Source: an uncultured Gammaproteobacteria bacterium
GTDB lineage: Bacteria > Pseudomonadota > Gammaproteobacteria > Steroidobacterales > UBA11654
Reading direction: 5' to 3'
Assembly (NCBI GenBank): GCA_937801655.1
Contig: CALMWC010000003.1
Coordinates: forward strand, 128,474-192,473
DNA length: 64,000 bases
Every line of letters starts with the position of its first letter. Position 1 is the stretch's first letter. The position numbers were made by a program, and so were the translations under genes. The notes under the pieces are model-generated. The model worked only from the letters and a program-made list of their open reading frames with translations, was not told the origin of the DNA and ran no database searches. Shown here one piece after another: positions 39,091-49,038 of the stretch.

Positions 39091-40551
39091 ATGGAACGAT
39101 TTACTCTTAAAAAACTCATTCATATGATTTCTCAAAGAGAGATTTCAAGCGCAGAACTGGTATCGATGTATTTCGAGAGAATAAAGAAATACGATCATTT
39201 TCTAAACTCTTTTATAACCTTAAACCAAGAGAGTGCTGAAGAACAATCATTGATAGCGGATAAAAAAATACATGCAGGCAATTATGATTTACTAACCGGT
39301 ATACCCTATGCATCGAAAGATATTTTTTGCACCAAAGGCATAAAGACAACTTGTGCTTCAAAGATGCTTGAAAACTTCATACCACCTTATGATTCCACTG
39401 TCATAAATCAGATTAAAAACAGTGGAGCAATTTTGATGGGAAAAACCAATATGGATGAATTCGCAATGGGTTCTTCGAATGAAACTAGTTATTTTGGTCC
39501 AGTCTACAACCCTTGGGATCTAGAACGGTCACCAGGTGGATCTTCTGGAGGTTCTGCAGCAGCCGTAGCCTCTGGTATTATTCCGATAGCACTAGGAACA
39601 GATACTGGAGGGTCTATCAGGCAACCAGCAGCTTTTACTGGAATTACAGGTTTGAAGCCTACATATGGACGATGCTCTAGATATGGAATGGTTGCTTTTG
39701 CATCGAGTTTAGATCAAGCAGGGTTATTGGCTTTGACAGCAGAGGATATAGCTATTTTCTTAGAAACAATGTCAGGGTTTGATCCTCTAGATTCTACAAG
39801 TGTTGAGGAAGCTGTTCCTCAATACAGTGATTTTGTTCATAACTCTATAGAGGGGAAAATTATTGGTTTACCAAAAGAATTTTTTAATAACTCTTTGGAT
39901 TCTGATTCTCAAAGAATACTCAACCAAGGTATTGAAATATATGAAAAATTAGGAGCAAAGATTACTGAAATATCATTGCCAAATGTAGGTTATTCTGTCC
40001 CAACATACTATGTCGTTGCCTCAGCAGAATGTTCTTCAAACTTAGCAAGATATGATGGAATTCGTTATGGGTATAGAGATGATGACACAAAGGATTTGGA
40101 TGACCTTTATCGTACGAATAGGCAAATTGGATTTGGCGATGAGGTAAAGAGAAGAATAATGACTGGCACTTATGTTTTATCAGCTGGATATTACGATGCT
40201 TACTATTTGAAGGCACAAAAAGTCAGACAATTGATATCCAATGACTTCACAGAAGCCTTTAAAGAAGTGGATCTTATTGTTGGTCCTACCACTCAATCAC
40301 CAGCATTTAGTATAGGTGAGAAAATAGATGATCCAGTTTCAATGTACATGAATGATATATATACAATATCATCAAATTTAGCAGGACTTCCAGCGCTGTC
40401 ACATCCAGTTGGATTCATTGATAAATTACCAATTGGTATGCAATTGATAGCTCCTCATTTTCAAGAATCTCAGTTGTTAAATTTTTGTCATTTATTTCAA
40501 CAAGAAACTGATTTTCATTTACAGCAACCCCAACCTTTTTTAGATGATTGA
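39091..40551 (+). CDS. gatA: Glu/Asp-tRNA amidotransferase subunit A
   Basis: Amidase signature [14 protein letters not shown]...[16 protein letters not shown] (Lys) upstream. Confidence 0.95.
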   Translation: MERFTLKKLIHMISQREISSAELVSMYFERIKKYDHFLNSFITLNQESAEEQSLIADKKIHAGNYDLLTGIPYASKDIFCTKGIKTTCASKMLENFIPPYDSTVINQIKNSGAILMGKTNMDEFAMGSSNETSYFGPVYNPWDLERSPGGSSGGSAAAVASGIIPIALGTDTGGSIRQPAAFTGITGLKPTYGRCSRYGMVAFASSLDQAGLLALTAEDIAIFLETMSGFDPLDSTSVEEAVPQYSDFVHNSIEGKIIGLPKEFFNNSLDSDSQRILNQGIEIYEKLGAKITEISLPNVGYSVPTYYVVASAECSSNLARYDGIRYGYRDDDTKDLDDLYRTNRQIGFGDEVKRRIMTGTYVLSAGYYDAYYLKAQKVRQLISNDFTEAFKEVDLIVGPTTQSPAFSIGEKIDDPVSMYMNDIYTISSNLAGLPALSHPVGFIDKLPIGMQLIAPHFQESQLLNFCHLFQQETDFHLQQPQPFLDD

Positions 40552-40566
40552 TAGCGATTTAGAATT

Positions 40567-42015
40567 ATGAAATGGGAAACAGTTATTGGTTTAGAGTTAC
40601 ATGTGCAATTGGCATGTGAGAGTAAAATATTTTCAAGTTCATCCACTAAATACGGTATGCCACAGAATACCCAAGCATCTTTAGTGGATCTTGGTTATCC
40701 AGGAGTGCTTCCTGTTCTGAATCATCAGGCTGTTGTTATGGCTATTAAGTTTGGTCTAGCTGTTGATGCTGAGATCGCTGAAAAATCAATTTTTGCTAGG
40801 AAAAATTATTTTTATCCTGACTTACCCAAAGGCTATCAAATTAGTCAATATGAGCTACCGATAGTTTTTAATGGTTCAATTGAGATTCCGATTCATAATA
40901 AAAGTATGAAAACTATAAGGATTACAAGAGCCCATTTAGAAGAAGATGCAGGTAAATCAATTCATGATAAATTTCATAATGCTAGTGCTATAGATCTCAA
41001 TAGAGCAGGCACCCCTCTGCTTGAGATTGTTTCTGAGCCTGATCTCAGCTCTTCCGAGGAGGCATCTTCTTATATGCAGAAAATACATCAACTGGTACGT
41101 TACTTAAAAATATCAGATGGCAATATGCAAGAAGGTTCTTTTAGGTGTGATGCAAACATTTCATTAAGACCATTAGGCTCGAATGATCTTGGAACTCGAG
41201 CAGAAATCAAAAATATAAATTCTTTCAAGTTTGTTGAAAAAGCTATTGAGTTTGAAGTGGAACGACAAAAAGCAATTCTGGAAGAGGGCGAATCAGTTAT
41301 TCAGGAAACCAGATTGTATGATTCTGAAAAAAATGAAACAAGATCTATGCGAAGTAAAGAAGAAGCCAATGACTATCGATATTTTCCCGATCCTGATTTA
41401 TTGCCTATATTAGTTGGAAAAGATCTTATCAATGAGATTAAAAAAGAATTACCAGAACTTTTTGATCAAAAAGTACATCGATATATTAAACAATATTCAA
41501 TAAGGAAGGTTGATGCTATAGAAATTGCTAAAAATGTAGATATTGCAGAATTTTTTGAAGCTTTAATTCATCATTTTAATGAGAACTATCAACAAGCAGC
41601 TAATTGGCTTCTTTCAGAATTAATGGGTTATCTTAATAAAGAAAATATTTCAATCAAAGATTTAACAATTACAGCAGATGCTTCAGCTGACTTATTGCAA
41701 AAAATCCATGAAAATGTTGTCTCGGCTTCAATGGCAAAAATTATCTTAAAGCAATTGATCGAAACTAATGATTCTGTTGATGAAATCATAGAAGCACAAG
41801 GACTGAAGCAAATTTCTGATAGTACTCAAATTGAATCAATAATTATGGAAGTTTTAGAGTCATTCCCGGATCAAAGAGATCAGTATTTATCAGGGAAAGA
41901 GCAGGTTTTAGGATTTTTGATAGGCCAAGTGATGAAAAAGAGTTCTGGTAAAGCTAATCCTAAAATGGTGAATGAAATATTATTAGAGAAAATAGAAGAA
42001 TATAGAAGAATATAG
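40567..42015 (+). CDS. gatB: Glu/Asp-tRNA amidotransferase subunit B
   Basis: WETVIGLE.HVQL, KNYFYPDLPKGYQISQ, HLEEDAGK, CDANISLR, C-terminal YqeY-like tail. The stop TAG at 42013..42015 lies inside a 10-bp tandem repeat. Confidence 0.95.
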   Translation: MKWETVIGLELHVQLACESKIFSSSSTKYGMPQNTQASLVDLGYPGVLPVLNHQAVVMAIKFGLAVDAEIAEKSIFARKNYFYPDLPKGYQISQYELPIVFNGSIEIPIHNKSMKTIRITRAHLEEDAGKSIHDKFHNASAIDLNRAGTPLLEIVSEPDLSSSEEASSYMQKIHQLVRYLKISDGNMQEGSFRCDANISLRPLGSNDLGTRAEIKNINSFKFVEKAIEFEVERQKAILEEGESVIQETRLYDSEKNETRSMRSKEEANDYRYFPDPDLLPILVGKDLINEIKKELPELFDQKVHRYIKQYSIRKVDAIEIAKNVDIAEFFEALIHHFNENYQQAANWLLSELMGYLNKENISIKDLTITADASADLLQKIHENVVSASMAKIILKQLIETNDSVDEIIEAQGLKQISDSTQIESIIMEVLESFPDQRDQYLSGKEQVLGFLIGQVMKKSSGKANPKMVNEILLEKIEEYRRI

Positions 42016-42040
42016 AAGAATATAGAAGAATATAGAAGGA
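41991..42040. repeat. Tandem repeat, about 5 copies of a 10-mer (TATAGAAGAA) spanning the gatB stop codon
   Basis: Read directly: aatagaagaa tatagaagaa tatagaagaa tatagaagaa tatagaagga. Three perfect copies at 42001..42030, flanked by two 1-mismatch copies. Confidence 0.9.
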
Positions 42041-42054
42041 AATAAAGATAATAA

Positions 42055-42792
42055 TTAGTGAGATATATTACAATTATTGGATTTATTTATTTTAAGTATT
42101 TGATTTATATTGTTTTTTAAGTCAAAAATAGAAATCATACTATTTAATTCTGTATTTTGGCCCATTAGAATTTTTAGAGCTTCAGTAGCTGCCATTATTC
42201 CTGCGCTCCCAGCTATAGTTGAAAGAACACCATTTCCTTCGCATGTCTCTAAGTTCTCTTCATCTGATTGATATAGACAATTTAAACACCCATCTATAAG
42301 GCTGTCATTTCTGAAAACTGCAATATGGCACTCATATCTTATTGCTGCAGCCATAATCATAGGTTTTCTATTTCTTATGCATATCTTATTCAGTTGTAAT
42401 CTTGTTTGAATATTGTCTGTACAGTCTATAACGAGACTTACTTTTGAAATAATTTTATCTAATTCTGAATCATTTAGTTTTTTGTCTATGCTCTCAATAA
42501 GAACATTGGGATTAAAATGATGCAGTTTTTCTTTAGCTACAATCGCTTTATTTTGATTAATATTATCTTCTTGGAATAAGACTTGTCTTGGAAGATTTGA
42601 GATATCCACCGAATCATAATCGCATAGAATTATTTCACCAACTCCGCTATTGACTAGATAAAGGCTGGCTATAGTTCCAATACCACCCATTCCTATAATC
42701 AGAATTGATGAGTCTTCTATTAACTTTTGTGAACTCTCATCAAAATCATTTAATCTTAGGTGAGCGTTATAACGTTGAGATTCTATATTCAT
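42055..42792 (-). CDS. moeB: ThiF/MoeB/HesA-family adenylyltransferase (MoeB-like by position after prmC)
   Basis: RY.RH..L..F....Q..L pattern (RYNAHLRLNDFDESSQKL), nucleotide loop GMGGIGT, DYDSVDISNLPRQ, CxxC (CLNC). Pseudomonas has moeB after prfA-prmC. ThiF cannot be excluded. Confidence 0.55.
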   Translation of the reverse strand: MNIESQRYNAHLRLNDFDESSQKLIEDSSILIIGMGGIGTIASLYLVNSGVGEIILCDYDSVDISNLPRQVLFQEDNINQNKAIVAKEKLHHFNPNVLIESIDKKLNDSELDKIISKVSLVIDCTDNIQTRLQLNKICIRNRKPMIMAAAIRYECHIAVFRNDSLIDGCLNCLYQSDEENLETCEGNGVLSTIAGSAGIMAATEALKILMGQNTELNSMISIFDLKNNINQILKINKSNNCNISH

Positions 42793-42797
42793 TTATT

Positions 42798-43649
42798 TTA
42801 AGCTTTTAGAAACCCTTCTGTAATTCTTACATGACCATTGTAGTCTTTTGTTGATATTATATTCACCAAGCCAAATTCTTCCATCAAACCCTGACAATAT
42901 TTACTTTGATCAAACCCATGTTCCATAATTAAAGACCCATCAGGCTCTAAAAAATATGATGATTCCTTAATAATAGAATAAATTGATTCCCTTCCTTTAT
43001 TGTTGGCAAACAGAGCTATTTCAGGTTCATATTTTAGAATAGATTCATCATAGGTAGATTTATTGTTTTGATCAATGTAAGGAGGGTTTACAACAATGCT
43101 ATTAAATTTCATTTTTTTGAGTTCTTGATACCAATCAGAGGTAATAAAATCAATATTATATACATTATTTTCTAATGCATTGTGTTGTGCTAATGATAGA
43201 GCTTTTTTAGAGATATCTGTTGCTGTAATTGAAGAATTAGGTCTTTCTTTTGCTAGCGATATAGCAATAGCACCTGAGCCTGTCCCTAATTCTAAAATTT
43301 TATAATTAAAACTTTTCTCAGGCAAAGTTTTTAATGCTCTCTCTACTAAATGTTCAGATTCAGGTCTAGGTATTAATACATTCTTATCTATATGTAACGT
43401 CAATGACCAGAAATCTTTTTTGCCAAGTATATATGCCATTGGCATTCCAGTAGCTCTTAATTCTATTGATTGATTAAATATCTTTTCTTGTTTTCTATCA
43501 ATATGAAAAACTTGTTTATAAAAATCAATTCTATTGATCTTCGAAGCTTTGGCTAGAAGTATTTCTGCTTCAATTCTTGGAGATGCACAAATATCTTTTA
43601 ATAACTTGGAGCCTAGTTCTATAAGAGTATTACTAGCTGTTTGAGGCAT
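42798..43649 (-). CDS. prmC: Release-factor glutamine N5-methyltransferase
   Basis: ELGTGSGAIAI SAM motif and NPPY (VVNPPYI). Directly downstream of prfA. Confidence 0.9.
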   Translation of the reverse strand: MPQTASNTLIELGSKLLKDICASPRIEAEILLAKASKINRIDFYKQVFHIDRKQEKIFNQSIELRATGMPMAYILGKKDFWSLTLHIDKNVLIPRPESEHLVERALKTLPEKSFNYKILELGTGSGAIAISLAKERPNSSITATDISKKALSLAQHNALENNVYNIDFITSDWYQELKKMKFNSIVVNPPYIDQNNKSTYDESILKYEPEIALFANNKGRESIYSIIKESSYFLEPDGSLIMEHGFDQSKYCQGLMEEFGLVNIISTKDYNGHVRITEGFLKA

Positions 43650-43655
43650 AGGTAA

Positions 43656-44738
43656 TTAATTTTCTAATTGCGACATCTGTTGAGCAGAGTTTTCTTGTAT
43701 GAGTGCATCAATCAAGGTACTAATATTCCCTTCCATCACTTCTAAGAGATTATAAAGTGTAAGACCAATTCGGTGATCTGTGATCCTACCTTGAGGGAAA
43801 TTATACGTTCTAATTCTTTCAGAACGATCACCACTTCCAATTAGCATTTTTCTTTCTTCTGCTTGTTGTTTAGCAACCTTTTCATGTTCCATGTCATTTA
43901 TCTTAGCTCTTAGTAGAGTCATAGCTGCTGCTTTATTTTTATGTTGCGATCTTCCATCTTGGCATTCAACAACAATATTAGTAGGAATATGGGTCAGCCT
44001 GACAGCAGAGTCTGTTTTATTGACATGTTGCCCCCCTGCACCTGAAGCTCTATAAGTGTCTACTCTGATATCACTAGAATTCATTTCTACTTCATCTATT
44101 TCATCCATTTCAGCAATAACAGCCACCGTGCAAGCAGAGGTATGTATTCTTCCTTGTGATTCTGTTTTAGGTATTCTTTGTACACGATGAGTGCCTGATT
44201 CAAATTTTAATTGTGAAAATACACCTTTGCCTAAAACCTTAGCAATAATCTCTTTATAACCGCCTTGACCACTTTCATTTTGGTTCAATATTTCTATTTT
44301 CCAGTTTTTTTGTTCGCAAAATCTGGCATACATTCTAAATATATCTCCTGCAAAAATGGCAGCTTCATCTCCACCAGTTCCTGCTCTAATTTCCAAGAAT
44401 GCATTATTCTCATCTCTAGGATCGGATGATAAGAGTAGTGGTGTAATCTCTTCTTCAATTCTTTTTAATTGAGCCTCTATATCTATGAGTTCTTCTTTTG
44501 CTAAGATTTTGAGTTCTTCATCTTCATCTTCACTCAGAGTAAGCGCAGCTTCTTTGTCATCTGATAGAGATCTAAATTCTTCAAAAAGTTTAACTACTGG
44601 TCCCAGTCTCGAGTATTCTTTAGATAGCTTGACCATTAGACTATTGTTTTTTTGAACTTCTTCTTCTGACAATTGATTTGCAATAGAATGGTATTGTTCA
44701 GCTATGAGGTTTAATTTATTTATGACAGATTCTTTCAT
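43656..44738 (-). CDS. prfA: Peptide chain release factor 1
   Basis: The N-terminus aligns with E. coli RF1 (MKESVINKL vs MKPSIVAKL). Has a PKT tripeptide where RF1 carries its PxT codon-recognition motif (RIPKTESQGRIHTS) and the GGQ motif (SGAGGQHVN). Confidence 0.97.
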   Translation of the reverse strand: MKESVINKLNLIAEQYHSIANQLSEEEVQKNNSLMVKLSKEYSRLGPVVKLFEEFRSLSDDKEAALTLSEDEDEELKILAKEELIDIEAQLKRIEEEITPLLLSSDPRDENNAFLEIRAGTGGDEAAIFAGDIFRMYARFCEQKNWKIEILNQNESGQGGYKEIIAKVLGKGVFSQLKFESGTHRVQRIPKTESQGRIHTSACTVAVIAEMDEIDEVEMNSSDIRVDTYRASGAGGQHVNKTDSAVRLTHIPTNIVVECQDGRSQHKNKAAAMTLLRAKINDMEHEKVAKQQAEERKMLIGSGDRSERIRTYNFPQGRITDHRIGLTLYNLLEVMEGNISTLIDALIQENSAQQMSQLEN

Positions 44739-45366
44739 TCAATACACCAATTATTGTAAAAACTATTTTATACAGAAATTACATTTAAGTAGTCGATATT
44801 TACTAATTCTAGTAATTTTCTCACAACTCTTAGTAACTAGTTGCACTATTAATCAATCGATTGATGCTTCTGCAGGTTGGGCAGATCGTCAAATAGCTAC
44901 TTATAAGATCAATCAATATCGACTGAAAGGCTCAGTTTCATTGGAACGAAGAGATAGATCGACAATGAGTTCATTTGAATTAAATAAAAATAATGATTTA
45001 ACTATATTAGTGGTTAGAAATTTTATTGGACAAGAGGTATTAACTGACAATAGTGGCAATATTCTATCTATCTTAGGCAAACTTGATATCAAGTTATCAA
45101 ATAAAGAATTTGAACAAATTAGCAGCTTAGACATTGATCTTTTCTCTATCTTATTGGCAGATACTTCTAAGTTAGATAATTACAATGTTGCAGTTGATAA
45201 ATATGGAGCTCCTAAAAGAATAATAGCTCACCAACTTGATATATTTTTTGAGTCCTATCAGAGTATTAATAATGTGGTCATTCCTAGGAAGATCAGAATA
45301 ACTTCAGATGATTTTCAATTAACAATTGTGAATAGTGTATTTGATAATATGAAAATATCTTCATGA
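44722..45366 (+). CDS. lolB: Outer-membrane lipoprotein LolB (lipoprotein receptor); start uncertain
   Basis: Lipobox LVTSC, then W..r......i.qY.l.G..s pattern (WADRQIATYKINQYRLKGSVS), as in LolB. Sits in the conserved lolB position divergent from prfA and upstream of tRNA-Gln/prs. Confidence 0.6.
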   Translation: MTDSFIQYTNYCKNYFIQKLHLSSRYLLILVIFSQLLVTSCTINQSIDASAGWADRQIATYKINQYRLKGSVSLERRDRSTMSSFELNKNNDLTILVVRNFIGQEVLTDNSGNILSILGKLDIKLSNKEFEQISSLDIDLFSILLADTSKLDNYNVAVDKYGAPKRIIAHQLDIFFESYQSINNVVIPRKIRITSDDFQLTIVNSVFDNMKISS

Positions 45367-45371
45367 GTAAC

Positions 45372-45400
45372 TTGACAGTCTATAGCAGCAACTTCAGAAT
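45372..45400 (+). promoter_or_regulatory. Candidate sigma-70 promoter for tRNA-Gln (TTGACA-N17-CAGAAT)
   Basis: Perfect -35 hexamer at 45372..45377 and a -10-like CAGAAT at 45395..45400, 28 nt upstream of the tRNA 5' end. AT-rich background means chance matches are common. Confidence 0.35.
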
Positions 45401-45428
45401 GACACATCTATGGATTGAAGAATTATTT

Positions 45429-45503
45429 TGGGGTGTAGCCAAGCGGTAAGGCAACGGGTTTTGATCCCGTGATGCGCAGGTTCAAATCCTGCCACCCCAG
45501 CCA
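45429..45503 (+). tRNA. tRNA-Gln (anticodon UUG)
   Basis: Cloverleaf folded by hand: acceptor TGGGGTG/CACCCCA, anticodon stem ACGGG/CCCGT with loop TTTTGAT (TTG), T-arm GCAGG-TTCAAAT-CCTGC, encoded GCCA end. Closely resembles E. coli tRNA-Gln. Confidence 0.9.
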
Positions 45504-45546
45504 AAATAAAGGCAGATATTTTAATTTAAAGGTATCCTTGTAAATT

Positions 45547-46500
45547 ATGAATAAAGATAAATTAGTTATATTTGCTGGTCCAGCTTCTCAGACATTGGGT
45601 TCAGATATCGCACGATACGCCAATCAACCACTTGGGTGGATACAGGTTAAAGAATTCAGTGATGGAGAAACAAGTGTTGAGATTTCTGAGAATATAAGAG
45701 GAATGGATGTTTTCTTAATCCAATCAACTTGTTCTCCTGCTAATCATCATTTAATGCAGTTATTACTCATGGCTGATGCCTGTAAAAGAGCATCTGCTAA
45801 ATCAATTTCAGCCGTGATTCCATATTTTGGTTATTCCAGACAAGACAGAAGACCGAGAAATTCAAGAGGCCCTGTTTCTGCAAAACTAGTAGCGGATTTA
45901 ATCGAAAAATCAGGTATATCAAGGGTTATAACAATTGATTTGCATGCGGATCAAATTGAAGGTTTTTTTTCCATACCTGTTGATAATATTTACTCATCTC
46001 AGGTGCTTTTGACTGATATCTGGAAAAATAAGTATCATGATTTAGTGATAGTATCTCCAGATGTAGGAGGTGTATTAAGGGCTAGAGCCATAGCTAGAAG
46101 GTTAGATAATGCAGGGTTAGCAATTATTGATAAAAGAAGAGAAGAGGCTAATAAATCTGAAGTGATGAATATCATTGGTGATGTTGATGGTAAAACAACC
46201 ATTATATTTGATGACATGGTCGATACGGCTGGAACGCTTTGTAATGCAGCTGCAGCGCTTAAGGATAAAGGCTCTATTAAAACAGTTGCTTATGCAGCGC
46301 ATCCAGTTTTATCTGGTCCAGCGATAGATAGAATAAAGAAATCCGAACTCGATGAGTTGGTTGTAACTGATACGATACCTTTGACAGAGGAAGCAGTGAA
46401 TTCAGGAAAAATTAGACAACTCTCTGTTGCAGAACTGATAGGGGAAACTGTTAATAGAATAGTTGGTGATGAATCAGTCAGCTCGCTTTATGCGGATTGA
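45547..46500 (+). CDS. prs: Ribose-phosphate pyrophosphokinase
   Basis: [26 protein letters not shown]-type motif ([11 protein letters not shown]), [13 protein letters not shown] loop. Confidence 0.95.
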   Translation: MNKDKLVIFAGPASQTLGSDIARYANQPLGWIQVKEFSDGETSVEISENIRGMDVFLIQSTCSPANHHLMQLLLMADACKRASAKSISAVIPYFGYSRQDRRPRNSRGPVSAKLVADLIEKSGISRVITIDLHADQIEGFFSIPVDNIYSSQVLLTDIWKNKYHDLVIVSPDVGGVLRARAIARRLDNAGLAIIDKRREEANKSEVMNIIGDVDGKTTIIFDDMVDTAGTLCNAAAALKDKGSIKTVAYAAHPVLSGPAIDRIKKSELDELVVTDTIPLTEEAVNSGKIRQLSVAELIGETVNRIVGDESVSSLYAD

Positions 46501-46621
46501 GTGTTTATTTTTAATAATAAAAGTCAGATAATTCTAGTTTCATAGATAAACTTCGGTTATTATTCACCACCATTTTATTGAAAAATAATAATTCTAATTA
46601 AAAAGTTTTTGAGAATACATA

Positions 46622-47326
46622 ATGAGTAATGATTTTGATTTAATTGCACAGCCAAGAGAGACAGGAAAAGGAACCTCCAGTTCAAGACGTCTAAGAAGAT
46701 CTGGTTTTGTTCCAGGTGTTATTTATGGTGCAGGAAAGGAAACTATAACCCTAACCATTGATCACAATCAGTTACTGAGAAAATTAAATATAGATAATTT
46801 TTTATCCAGCATAATTAGTATTCAAATTGATGATAAAAAAGAGGATGTCTTAATTAAGGACATTCAAGTCCATCCTTCAAAACAACAAGTAATGCATTTG
46901 GATTTTCTTAGAATTAAATCAGATGAAGTTATACGAGTTAAAGTACCGGTTATTTTCTTAAATGAAGATTCAGCAATAGGTGTTAAATTAGAAGGAGGTA
47001 CGGTAACTCCTTTGATGACTGAGATTGAAGTGAGCTGCTTACCAAGAGACCTTCCAGAGAATCTTGAGATAGATATTATTGATATGAAAGTTGATGACAT
47101 GCTTTATTTGGAAGATATCCAGTTACCCGATGGAGTTGAAATACCTCTATTGACGCAAGAAGAGCCAAATAATGAATTAGTTGTAGCGATTCGAGTTCTT
47201 AGGATTGCAGAAGAAGAGGTTGTTGAAGATGTTGAATTAGAAGAGGGTGAAGAAGGCGCTGAAGATCAAGATTCAGATGGTGATCAAGAAACTACAGAAG
47301 AGGAATCTGAATCCAATAGCGATTGA
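46622..47326 (+). CDS. rplY: 50S ribosomal protein L25 / general stress protein Ctc (long form with acidic tail)
   Basis: RRLRRSGFVPGVIYG, HLDFLR, a second beta-barrel domain, and a poly-acidic C-terminus (EEEVVEDVELEEGEEGAEDQDSDGDQETTEEESE). Confidence 0.9.
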   Translation: MSNDFDLIAQPRETGKGTSSSRRLRRSGFVPGVIYGAGKETITLTIDHNQLLRKLNIDNFLSSIISIQIDDKKEDVLIKDIQVHPSKQQVMHLDFLRIKSDEVIRVKVPVIFLNEDSAIGVKLEGGTVTPLMTEIEVSCLPRDLPENLEIDIIDMKVDDMLYLEDIQLPDGVEIPLLTQEEPNNELVVAIRVLRIAEEEVVEDVELEEGEEGAEDQDSDGDQETTEEESESNSD

Positions 47327-47328
47327 TC

Positions 47329-47919
47329 ATGTCTCTCGCTTATAGCATTCCTAAGGTTTTTATTGGTTTAGGAAATCCTGGAGACCAATATAATAAAACC
47401 AGACATAATTTAGGTTATGAATTTTTGGATCACCTATCCAAACATCATCAATTTACAGAATTTAAACATGAGAGCAAAGTATTTGGTTCGCTTTCAAAAT
47501 CTATATCATTGGAACAAGAAGTAATCCTTTTTAGACCATCTAAGTATATGAATGAGTCTGGGGAATCGATTAGAAATCTCTTGAATTATTATCGAATTGA
47601 TCTTTCGGAAGTGTGTGTTATTCATGATGATTTAGATTTAGAGCCAGGTGTAATGAGGATTAAATATGATGGGGGGCATGGAGGCCATAATGGTCTCAGA
47701 AGTATTTTCAAATCGTGTCAAGGGAGTGCTTTTCTTAGAATTAGAATAGGTATAGGACACCCTGAATACAATAATGTCATTGATTATGTTCTATCAAAGC
47801 CAAAAGTAGCAGAAGCAGAAACAATTCACTCAGCACTAGATTCCGCAATTGATGCAACGGATTGTATGCTCAAGGATGGAGTAGAGAAAGCAATGAGTAT
47901 ATTTAATCAAAAAGTCTAA
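47329..47919 (+). CDS. pth: Peptidyl-tRNA hydrolase
   Basis: GLGNPG..Y..TRHN.G, YMNESG, HDDLDL, GGHGGHNGLRS. ATG at 47329 preferred; TTG at 47323 would overlap the rplY stop. Confidence 0.95.
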   Translation: MSLAYSIPKVFIGLGNPGDQYNKTRHNLGYEFLDHLSKHHQFTEFKHESKVFGSLSKSISLEQEVILFRPSKYMNESGESIRNLLNYYRIDLSEVCVIHDDLDLEPGVMRIKYDGGHGGHNGLRSIFKSCQGSAFLRIRIGIGHPEYNNVIDYVLSKPKVAEAETIHSALDSAIDATDCMLKDGVEKAMSIFNQKV

Positions 47920-48941
47920 TTGCTATTATTTACTAATTCAGTTCCCGCTCCTAAGGCTTTGATTTTGGTTGTGGCTATTTCTTGAGATAGAGGCGCCATG
48001 CCACAATTACTGCTGGGTATCAATCTTTCCCGATCAACAAAATTAAGAGCTGAAAGTATATTTATTTTAACGTCTTCTGCAGTTTCTATTATATCCGATA
48101 CAACAGTAACGACTCCTACCATAATTTCTTTATCGGGGAGCAATAACATCAAATCAGGCGATACATTGGATCCAGAAAATTCAATAGAGACTTGATTGAT
48201 ATTACTGTCATTAATGCTCGGAAAAATTGTTTTATATTCCATCCATTGATTACCCAGTGTTTGTTTCCAATTGATGTTTTCTTCTATCCCATAACCATAG
48301 CAGACATGAACCGCTGTTTTGCATTGCAAGCCTTCAATTGCAGCTTCTAATGCCTTAACTCCCCAGTCTATGGTTTCTTGGTTGAAAGAATTGAAGGCTG
48401 GTTCATCAAATTGAATGATATCAATGCCTGCTTTTTCAAGGGCTTTAGCTTCTGTATTAAGAATTTCTGCAAAAGCAAAAGCCATTTCCTCTCTTGATTG
48501 ATAATAATTATTGGCAATGGTATCGCAGATTGTCATAGGTCCGGGGAGTGTGAACTTAGTTTTTTTCTTTGTATTTTTTCTTAAAAATTCTGCTTCTTTA
48601 AGATGAATGATTTCAGGTCTGACAATGGCTTCTGTAACTGTAGGGACTTCAACTGTGTATCTATTATTCCTGATCCCCATTTTTGTTTTCTGATCCCAGT
48701 TAATGCCTTTTATTTTTTGTAGAAAGCCATGCACAAAGTGAATACGAAATTGTTCTCCTTCTGAGATGATATCAAGACCGGCTGATTCTTGAGTATGAAT
48801 CCACTGAAGGACAGATTTTTTTTGTCCTTCCCATAAGTCTTCTTGTTTGATCTTCCATTTGGGCCAAAGTTTTTTAGGTTCGGCCAGCCATTTTGGTTTA
48901 GGCAAACTTCCAGCTGTTGTTGCAGATAATTTTTTACTCAT
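47916..48941 (-). CDS. Short MetE-fold (cobalamin-independent methionine synthase catalytic-domain only) Zn methyltransferase
   Basis: 341 aa. GSLPKPKWL N-terminus, SEGEQFR, candidate Zn ligands HVCYGYG (His, Cys), SIEFSG (Glu), SNCGMAP (Cys), as in the MetE C-terminal domain. No N-terminal folate-side domain. Confidence 0.75.
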   Translation of the reverse strand: MSKKLSATTAGSLPKPKWLAEPKKLWPKWKIKQEDLWEGQKKSVLQWIHTQESAGLDIISEGEQFRIHFVHGFLQKIKGINWDQKTKMGIRNNRYTVEVPTVTEAIVRPEIIHLKEAEFLRKNTKKKTKFTLPGPMTICDTIANNYYQSREEMAFAFAEILNTEAKALEKAGIDIIQFDEPAFNSFNQETIDWGVKALEAAIEGLQCKTAVHVCYGYGIEENINWKQTLGNQWMEYKTIFPSINDSNINQVSIEFSGSNVSPDLMLLLPDKEIMVGVVTVVSDIIETAEDVKINILSALNFVDRERLIPSSNCGMAPLSQEIATTKIKALGAGTELVNNSN

Positions 48942-49038
48942 CTTTTATGGTTTTAATTGTTAAACTCGCCCTTTGAAATAGAATACAAAAGAAAATACAT
49001 TAATTTATAAGTTTTCAAATTTACACAGGTATTATCAT

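Noticed and set aside
46501-46621. Possible structured leader or attenuator upstream of rplY
   Set aside because: I could not find a stable stem or a conserved motif in this 121-nt AT-rich spacer. The several TTGAAA/TAAAAA promoter-like strings are not distinguishable from background.
48942-49038. Riboswitch (SAM or B12) upstream of the MetE-like gene
   Set aside because: The leader is only 97 nt and extremely AT-rich, with no GC-rich helices or conserved riboswitch core sequences that I can recognise. The same applies to metC, which has no leader at all.
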